From Moniliella sp. 'wahieum' (lineage: Eukaryota), in the NCBI GenBank assembly GCA_003971905.1, contig RSEE01000172.1, positions 1-58,739 of the forward strand: DNA of 58,739 nucleotides, written 5' to 3'. The first letter of the stretch is position 1. Each line of letters starts with the position of its first letter. The position numbers were made by a program, and so were the translations under genes. Of the stretch, positions 50,169-58,739 are shown piece by piece. Below the pieces are notes generated by a model. It ran no database searches. It saw nothing but the letters and a program-made list of their open reading frames with translations, and was not told the origin of the DNA.

Positions 50169-50389
50169 ACTGCTGCGCGCACCGCACCGCGGCTGAGCCA
50201 TGCGGGAGGCAGGCGGCGGCTTAGGTCAGCACCCCCGTGCGCTCGGGCGGGGCGGTGGCGGGCGTGGTGGGGCGCAGGCACAGGCCCAGTGTGCGTCCGC
50301 CGCTGCTTGGCGGGCGGAGGCCGCTGTCCTGCCTCTCCGCCCAGCCGCCCCAGCCCCCACCACCGCCCGCCCCCCCCCCACCACCCGCC

Positions 50390-51922
50390 ATGTTCAAGTC
50401 GCTCGGCAAGATGATGGGCGCGTCGTCCAAGAAGGCACGCGCCAAGGACGACCCCGCCAACGCCCCGCCCTCCAGTGCCGCCCTCGCCGCCCGGCGTTCA
50501 CCGACGTGTCCTCTGCCTCTGCCTCTGCCGCCGCGCCCGACGCCTGGGCCGCCCAGCCGCCGCACCCGCCCGCCTCCTCCGCCTCCTTCCACAGCCAGCC
50601 CCCGTCCCGCCCCAGTCCCAGCCCCCGCCCCCGCCCCCGCCCCAGTCCGCCTCCCACCCCCCACTCCCACCCACACCCACTCCCACTCTCCCACTCCCAC
50701 ACCCCTGCCCCCATCCCCGCCCCGCCCGCCCGCGCGTCCCAGGGCAAGATCGACAAGCGCGCCGGCCTGAGCCGACACGAGAGCCCGCTCCCGTCGCCCA
50801 CCGAGGGCGGCATGCCGTCCAACAGCCCCCGAGTCCGATGGCCAATGGCTACGATGCGTCGTCGTCCACCTCGGCGTCGCAGCTGGTGCCTGCGCGCGAA
50901 GCCGGGCGGCGGTGCGGACGTTTGACATTGACGATATGATTGCGCGTCTGATTGAGGCCGGGTACGTGGGCGGCAAGATTCCCAAGCCGGCGCTGAAGAA
51001 CAATGAGATTGTCGCGGTGTGCCAACGCGCGCGAAGTGTTCTTGTCGCAGCCGACGTTGATTGAGCTCAGTCCGCCAGTCAAAATTGTCGGCGACACGCA
51101 TGGGCAGTACCAGGACCTGCTGCGCATGTTCTCCATGTGTGGCTTCCCCCCCAACAGCAACTACCTCTTCTTGGGCGACTATGTGGACCGCGGCAAGAGT
51201 CTCGAGACGATCCTGCTGCTCTTGTGCTACAAGATCAAGTACCCAGAAAACTTTTTCCTCCTGCGTGGGAACCATGAATGCGCCAATGTCACTCGTGGTA
51301 CGTGAGCCTGTCGTCCTCCTTCCCCGCGGATGCTCGCGTTGCTTCTTTTTTTTTTTTGCTAACCCTGCGCATCCAGTCTACGGCTTTTACGACGAGTGCA
51401 AGCGCCGCGTCAACATCAAGATCTGGAAGACGTTTATCGATGTGTTCACACGCTTCCCATTGCGGCCGTGGTGGCGTCGAAAATTTTCTGTGTGCATGGC
51501 GGCCTGTCGCCCTCGTTGGCCGACATGGACGATATCCGGCGGATTGAGCGGCCGACGGACGTGCCGGACTATGGGTTGCTGAATGACCTGCTCTGGTCCG
51601 ATCCTTCGGACACGCGTTGGATTGGGAGGACAATGAGCGGGCGTGTCGTACTGTTTTGGCAAGTCGGTCATTGGTCAGTTCCTGGGCCAATACGACTTTG
51701 ACTTGATCTGTCGCGCGCACATGGTGGTGGAAGACGGGTACGAATTTTGGAACGAACGGACACTGGTCACCATCTTCTCGGCACCCAACTACTGTGGCGA
51801 ATTCGACAACTTTGGCGCGGTGATGAGTGTGTCGGAGGACCTGCTGTGTGCATTTGAGTTGCTCAAAAACCGCTCGACTCGGCCGCACTCAAAAAGGAGA
51901 TGGCCAAGACGCGCAGGAAAAA
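50390..51922 (+). CDS. PPZ1: Ser/Thr protein phosphatase, PPZ-type (PP1-related) with a disordered N-terminus
   Basis: [60 protein letters not shown]. Intron at 51298-51375. A further donor at 51923 means the last exon (possibly from 52228) is unresolved. Confidence 0.85.
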
Positions 51923-52094
51923 GTGAGTGCGAGCCCAGCGCCGGCCCGCACGCGCATGCGCATGCGCATGCGCGTTCGTTCGCCGGCGCAAAGAGAGCGG
52001 AGGTACGTGGGCCGGCCGAGGGGTGGTGGGACGTGCCTGGCCGCCCCGCACCCTGGGGAGCTGGCTCCCAGGGGTACGTGCCTGCTCTTTTCTT

Positions 52095-52155
52095 TTCTGT
52101 CCTGCTCTGCTCTGCCCTGTTCTGCTCTACCCTGGCCTGCCCTGCCCTGCTCTGC
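52095..52155 (+). repeat. (CTGCT/CTGCC)n pentanucleotide microsatellite, probably intronic
   Basis: Read directly from the sequence. Confidence 0.85.
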
Positions 52156-52708
52156 TCTGCTCTGCTCTGCTCTCTTCTTGACTCTGGTCGGCGACGCTTT
52201 GGATTGTTGGCGATGGTTTGCTATAGTGCGAGTGGACGTGTGGAGGGCGAGCGGACGGACGATGGTGGTCGACTGTGTGCGTGCTGTGTTTGTTTGTTGC
52301 GCCTCTGCCCCCCCCCCGGCATTTGAGAGTCCAATCGAATCTGGGCGCGACACGCTGCGCCTGGGAGACGTGCTGTTCATGTATGATTTTGTGTTGCGAT
52401 TGCATTCGTTTGAGACGTGGCCGGGGCGTGGGGGACGGTGGGCAAGGCAGGAACGCGTAACGGCCCCGCACGCCTGCCACGCCAATTGAATCTCGACTAG
52501 TGAAGGCCACCCCGACAGCAATGCGCAGCACATCGCCCAGCACGCTTTCTACCAGCTTTACCCCAGACGCCCAGGCGCAGCTGGCAGCCGCCGAGCAGAT
52601 GCCGTATCCCACACAGCGGAACACCCCGGCGGAATGGCCAGCGGCAGCGGCAGCGGCGGTGTTAGTATCGAGCCCCGTCGGCCCAGCCGCGGCCCACCAT
52701 CGCCGAGG

Positions 52709-53317
52709 ATGCTGCCGACGCCCGAGGAATATGAAGGTACGTTTGGGGTGGTTGCTCTGTGTTGCGCTGTTTGCCGGAGAGGGGGCATGTTTGGTGCTGC
52801 TGGGCGCGGCAGAGGTGCTGACACCACTCCCGGACGGCGATGGCGGATGGACGAACCAGCGTACATGCGTGCGCGGCAGGCGCTGGTGGGACGAGATGTG
52901 ATTCGGATTTGGCAGCTGCCATTGTGCGTGAGAACCTGGGCAAGTGCGTCAAGAACGAGCAGACGCGGGCGATGGTGCACTGCAAAGATTTGACCCAACT
53001 GTACTTGCGCATGTTGCGCGCGTCGCTGGTATGTTTTCTTCTTGGTTTTTTTTTCTTGTCCCTCCCCCCCTTGTGTCCTTCTTTTCTCCCTCGTCCTACC
53101 CCTCCTTCCTCGCGTCGCGCGTCGCGCATCGTGCGTCGTGCGTCGTGCGTCGTGCGAGCGGTTTAGGTACTAGACACTGACGCACTTTCCGGGTTTGCTT
53201 TTGTTTTTTGTTTTATTTTTGTGTTGTGGTTGTCGGTTTGCTCAGCTGATTGGTGTCCCGCGCGGAGGCAAGTCGACGCTCGAGAGTCATTTGCCCAGCA
53301 CGTCGAGCGAGGCGTAA
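52709..53317 (+). CDS. NADH:ubiquinone oxidoreductase 12-kDa subunit (NDUFB10-like), 3 exons (52709-52736, 52860-53028, 53246-53317)
   Basis: Spliced peptide MLPTPEEYEAYMRARQ...IVRENLGKCVKNEQTRAMVHCKDLTQLYLRML matches the REELGKC..E.....C..L...Y pattern. One 1-bp indel at about 52916. Confidence 0.7.
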
Positions 53318-53389
53318 GCGAGCGGAGCGTATGGGACCGTCAGAGGTGACCCGCCTCGGCGTGGCCGCACCGTGTTTACCCGCACGCGC

Positions 53390-53492
53390 ACTCACACTCC
53401 CACTCGTACCTGCATTCGCACTCGCACTCGCACTTGTCTCGCACTCGTACTCGCACGCGCACTCACGCTCGCACTTGCACTCGCACTCGCAC
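53390..53492 (+). repeat. (CACTCG)n degenerate hexanucleotide repeat
   Basis: Read directly from the sequence. Confidence 0.8.
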
Positions 53493-54290
53493 CCTACCCC
53501 ACCTCCAACCCCACCCTGCACTGCAGCGCGCTCCCGCCCCGGCGCTTTCCTCGCCATGGCTACCGGAACATCGCCGGTGGCATAGCTGTGCGCCAGGGCC
53601 GAGGCCGCGCGGGGCGACAGGACGGTTGAGATGGCCTGGGCCACCGCCGTCCGCTAGCCAAGCCACCCAACCAACCCCGACCCCAACCCCAACCCCAACT
53701 CCAACTCAAGCAAACCACACAACCCAAACCCAACCCAGTCTCGACCGACCAAAGAGGATGAGATGAGCGCAAAGAAATACATAACCCATAACTCGCACCG
53801 GCACCCCGGGATGGCCGGGAGCTGGGCAACTGAATCTATCGGTCAGAGAGGCAGGCCTCGAGCGGGGGAGCGGGGGGACGGGGAGCAGGGAGACCAGGGA
53901 CCAGGAGACCAGGGACCAGGAAGATGGAAGAAGGGAGATGGGATATGGGGAGATGGGAGACCAAAACATCAGACATCGCGAGGCGTCAGTGAACCGCGGG
54001 CGAGGGAACATGGGAACACATGGGGTAGACTACGGTGACGCAGGGACAGAGTCGGGAGGGGGGGGGGTTCCTGGCGATTGGGTGACCGGTGAAGGGGGGT
54101 GGCCAGCGCACCGTCGCTCGCAAACGGGAAACGGGACAAGATAAACGGCAAACAGTAAACAGTAAACGGCGAACGGCGAACAGTAAAACATGAAAGGTGA
54201 ACCTGGTGAACGGTGAATGGTGAATGGTGGATGGTAAACGGAACTGGGTGCGCTCCCGTCCACCCGCTGTCCAAGGGGGGGGGGGGGCAG

Positions 54291-57200
54291 TTACAGTCCA
54301 TGCGCTGCAGCAGCGTACTCAGCTGTTCCGCGCGACACAATCAGGTCAGTCAGTACTTTGGCCTGGGGGGGGGCGGGGGGGGGGGGGGAGGCAACAAAAG
54401 CAAACACTAAACGAAAACAAAACAAAACAAACAACACAAGTAGCGGGGGAAAGCAACGTACGTAGCCATACTCAGCGGTTTTGCCATGTACCCATCTGCG
54501 CCCCATGGAACGCGGCGCGTACGTCGTCCTCGGTCGAGCGGCCGGTCAAGGCGACCATCTTGATGCGATCTCGTGCTGGGGCGGGGCACCGCGCCTTGCT
54601 TCTTCCACCGCCGGATCTGGCTCATCGCGCCCATCCCATCCAACACGGGCATGGTCAGGTCCATCAAAATCAAATCAAGTACCCCTCGCCTTGGGTCGCC
54701 ACCTGCCGTACCGCCTCCACACCGTTGTTGGCGTCTTCCACACTGGCTTGCGGCGCCTGAGTCGAGTCGAGTCGATTCGGTTGATCAGGCGAGGCAGGGT
54801 ACGTCAGGTTAGGTGGTGTGTCAGTGCCCGCCGGGCAGAAAAGCATAGGACGTACCAGTTTGGCCAGGTAGGCACGGATGATGCGTCGGTTGATCTGGTT
54901 ATCGTCGACGCTCAGCACACGGAACCGCGGCGTCCCGCGCTGGCTGGCGGGAAGAGGGCAAGACGGATTTAAGAATGGCGCCATCGCCCACTTGGAGCGT
55001 TGCTGCAGGATCTTCGCGCGGGGTAGGATGCTTGTGCACGCGCGGCTCGTGGTAGGTGATGCTGCGTGCCATGACGGGCGCGAAGGGTGCTTGCCATCCA
55101 GGAGCACATGGCCCGGGCGCATCTTGTCCTCGTCCTCGGCCGAGTGACGACGGGATGAGCGAGCGTGGGCGCCACTAGGTGCGGCGGGTCAGGTGCACTC
55201 TCCCGCCCGCGCCTGCGAGGCCGAGGCCGAGGACGCGCCCGCCGGTCGGCCAGACGCGGCGTCAACTCTTCTTCCTCGGATCATCATGGGGTGCTGGGAC
55301 CTTCGTTCGGGCCGCGGGGCAAAGTAGTCGCCGCCGCGTTCCGCACGCTCATCCATCGGGTCAACGGTAACGGCCTCCCCTCCGCCCTGGGGTCAAGTCG
55401 GACGCCACTGCGTTCAGTTGCCACCTCCATCGCATCTTGTAGCTTCTTAGGTCCGCCGGCTTGAACAGGCTGCTCATCACGCCCCCCAACGCAGCATACT
55501 GTTCCTGCACCGCCGACAACTCTGTCGAGCCGCGCGCCGCTGAGAAACACGACAGGCGGCAAGTAGGACACGGCCGTGGTGGCGGCGCTGGATCAAGGCC
55601 GCAGCAAGCCCAAGTCCTCATTGACTACAACCAATGTCCCCCTGGGTGGGCGGGCAGCACACGCTCCCTGGGCTGGGAGTGCGTGTCGGGCTCAGTGTCA
55701 GGGTCAGGGTCAGGGTACTGATCCGGGTCCAGGTCCGGAGCCAGCGCAAAGCCCCACCACCCCGAGGTAGTTGAGGAACACTTCCTTCAACGCCTGCGCG
55801 CCGCGGGACGGGCCAAAGCCAAGCAAGCTGACGGACAGGCGGCCATTGACACGTATGTGCGGCGGGTACGGTGGGGCGGCGCAGGTCGTTCGAGCTCGGC
55901 AGTGACCTTGATCTCGGTGCCTTCGCCCTCGGTGGACCAAACATCGATCTTGCCATTGACCGCGGGCGACTGGACAATCGAGTTGACGATGGACGGCCCA
56001 ATCCGGTCCCGTGCCCAGTGCGTTTTCTTGGGTAAACGGGTGGAAAAGTTGTTCTTCCAAAAAATGACGCGAGATGCCTCGGCCAGTATCGGTGCCGCCC
56101 AACTCGACCACGACGCCATGCTCGTTGGACGACAACTCGCGCAAGGAAACATGCACAAAGCCCGAAGGGTGAACTTGAGCGAGTTGCCAATCAAGTTCAT
56201 CAGCACACGACGAATGCCGCCCGCGTCGCACAACAAGTTCCACCCTTCTTCTCGGAACGAGACATCAATCACCACCTCCACGTCCGCCATTGGCATCTTG
56301 GCCGACGGCAGCGAACTGCTGTGGTGGGATCGGCGGGCATAAAACGATCCAATCCCACTCGCGTTGCCCCTTCCAACGACTTGGCTACCTGTCCAATCCA
56401 CGACGACTCGCACACCTCTTGTACCAGCTTGACCAGGTCCGCCGGCGCCTTGCTCCCCTCCCGCACGCCCGGAGAGCTTGGTAAAGTCGAGGACGTGATT
56501 GACGAGTTCCAACAGCGACTTGCCGCATGCTTCAATTGTTTCCAAGTACGACGTTTGGGGACCATTGAGCACGGTGGATTTGAGCAAGTCCGAGGCGGCG
56601 AGGATGCCATGGAGCGGGTCCTGAGCTCATGCGACATGTTGGAGATAAAGTGCGACTTGGCCTTGTCGGCCAAGATGATATCTTTGCGCAGCACGGCCGA
56701 CAAGATGATCATGCCCATGGCGCGGAGGTACTGGAGCCCAATCCCATGCAGTTCCTCCAGCGGCAGCGTCTTGTTGGACGCAAACGAGTAGACAATCAGC
56801 AGGCGAACGGTTGGCCATTCAGACCAAAAATGGGACCATCAGTACCCATCCAATCTTCATCTTCTCGCTGGGAAGCAGGCGGTGCAGCGCGCTGGGCATG
56901 TAGCGGTAGTAGCGTCCATTGGGATGCGTGCGCAAAAACTGCGCAATCTGCACATGGTCCGACAAGGGTACCGGTTCGGTCCGGGTCGAAGGGATGGGCC
57001 CTTGTTCACTGCTGCCCAACGCCACCATGGGCGGGACCAACCGACTTTTCATCTCGGGTGCCGACGCCGTCGTGCCACTGTCATCCGCCGTGCCGCTACC
57101 CGAAACAACGGAAGGGGTGGCAGAGGAGAACGAGGGCGGAGCCGGCGTCCCGGTCCCGGTCCCCGTCCCCGTCCCGTCCCGCCCGTCGGTTGGGACGGCG

Positions 57201-58713
57201 ACGCAGGGAAGAAGACTTTGGAAGTCGGATCGGCCTCGTCCGACAGGGCTTCAATCACTTCAAAGTGCGACAGGTCAAACAGTACTGAGCCATTGGCTTG
57301 GAGTGCAACGCGTTGCGACTCGGCGGCCATGTAAAGATGCGTCTGGCGCCGCTCGCATCGTCCTTGAGCCTGAATCGGCATCGAGGTCCATCTCGAGACA
57401 GACGCGCGTAAACTGCTCGATGGAATGTTGGATCCGGTCGCGCGCAGCAAAGTTGATTCCATCCCGTACCAACTCCATCTCCCGCATCACGATCCGGGCA
57501 AACTCGCGCAAAATGTGTCGTTGGCGCGGGGAGAAAGTTTCGCGCGGGTGGGGATCCAGGACACAAATCGTACCAATGTTGTGGCCATCCGACGTGCGCA
57601 GCGGTGCGCCAGCATAAAAGCGTACCAGTGGGCCAGTTTGCACTGCTGGGTTGCAACAAAACCGCCAATCGGCCAGCGCATCCAGCACCACCATCGGTTC
57701 GTCCGAGTCTTGCAGAATCGCATGCGCACAGAACGAACGGTCGCGCGAATCAAACGGCATGGGAGCCGGAGCGCGCGGGTCGTGCATCCCCCCGCGGCGT
57801 ACGAACACTGATGCCGTCCCGGATACGAGCGCAATGATCACCGTCTGCACGCTGAGCGACAGTTTGGCCCATGCGCCATCCGATGAAAGTTGGGTGCATT
57901 GGCCCATTCGCCCGCGCTTGCTCGGATCGCCATAGATCCAGCGCCGCTCGGGCCGCTCAGTGGGGGGCAACGGTGCCAGCAGGTAGCCCATTGAGCAAAG
58001 AGCGTTCCATCATCTCCCCTTCGGACGGCAGCAAGAGCCTCGGGGGGGGCCGCGGAGGGGGCGGCCAGCGGCCCGGCCAGGCCGGCTTGTCGTGGGCAGG
58101 ACAACCAAGTCCGAGTCTGGAGCGTCGTCCGAAATACAGGAAGCATGCGAGTGGCATGAAAGCCGGCACCCTGCGCGGCTTCTTACCTGCGCCCGTTACC
58201 GAACTGCATCGGCCAAAACACTTTGCTTGCCACTCAAGTGCTCGCGCGGGTGGGAGACCCCATCTCGTTCCAGGGAAGTACGCGCCGTGCCGCACGACGG
58301 AGGTGGTCCACCACCACGGCCGAGCCATTGAGCTCGCTCCGAGACGGAATCGAGGCCACCGACTCGTCCGACCCCGGATGGGACCTGGGCTGCGGCTGGG
58401 GCTGGTCGGCCTGGCGACCCAGGGACGCCCAAGAGCGAGGGCTGGGGGGCTGCGGGGCTGCGGGGGCTGCGGGGTGCGTATGTTGGGCGGTGGTAGGTTT
58501 CGGGCGGATGGGCGAGGAGGCATCTGGCGGCGGCGGCGGCTGCAAGCAACTGGTATCCAGCCCGACGCTGCCGCTGCCTGCCCCCAGTGGGCCGACTGCC
58601 GAGTGAGGCACCGTGTTGCTGGGCCCCTGGATGGCGAGGATCGAAGAGCCTGGGTAGGGACCAGCGGCGCACTGCCGCCCTTGTGCCTCTCGTTCCACTG
58701 CGTGGTAGTGCAT
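54291..58713 (-). CDS. Hybrid histidine kinase: GAF + HisKA + HATPase_c + receiver (frameshifted)
   Basis: GAF: FCAHAIL...RFYAGAPLRTSDGHNIGTICVLD. H-box: KSHFISNMSHELRT. N-box: MNLIGNSLKFT. Also DTGRGI, LFHPFTQE and EGEGT. Receiver: VDDNQIN, LMDLTMPVLDG, GADGYMAKP. Confidence 0.92.
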
Positions 58714-58739
58714 CTTCTTTCTCGGTCGGGGCAAAGAGG

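Noticed and set aside
53665..53740. (ACCCCA)n run as telomeric sequence
   Set aside because: It is a degenerate intergenic low-complexity tract that lacks CCCTAA units.
41316..58713. Frameshifts in nearly every gene read as mass pseudogenisation or programmed frameshifting
   Set aside because: They hit essential genes (tRNase Z, RBM39-like, and also CK1 earlier in the window) as scattered 1-bp indels while catalytic motifs stay intact. This is best explained by unpolished long-read error.

Overview
GC-rich eukaryotic DNA with few introns, most consistent with a basidiomycete fungus (inferred from gene content and GT-AG/CTRAC intron style). It begins with a CCCTAA telomere-repeat remnant. The left part holds a divergent RPS28/RPS5 pair, casein kinase I and tRNA-Val(AAC). 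A block of about 32 kb (roughly 9-41 kb) is mostly transposon debris. It contains a young LTR mini-element with identical LTRs and a TSD, two solo LTRs that carry a tRNA-like cloverleaf, a TTAA/TWA-flanked MITE family, a TIR-bounded CMC (CACTA/Mirage-like) transposon, decayed LINE-like and tyrosine-recombinase remnants, an RPL10 pseudo-fragment and a broken C2H2/Zn2Cys6 transcription factor. The right part is gene-dense: aprataxin, a SET methyltransferase, an RBM39-like splicing factor, tRNase Z with an unusual C-terminal extension, tRNA-Gly(TCC), a PPZ-type phosphatase, NDUFB10 and a GAF hybrid histidine kinase. Most conserved genes carry scattered 1-bp indels, probably uncorrected long-read errors, so many CDS ends are approximate. 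All protein calls come from motif recognition by eye, not from database searches. The most interesting observations are (1) the tRNA-bearing LTR family that shares its terminus with the young LTR element, (2) widespread 7-bp-period arrays of TNA plus a 4-bp palindrome that look like stacked transposon excision footprints, and (3) a possible fusion of tRNase Z to an RNase P-subunit-like domain.
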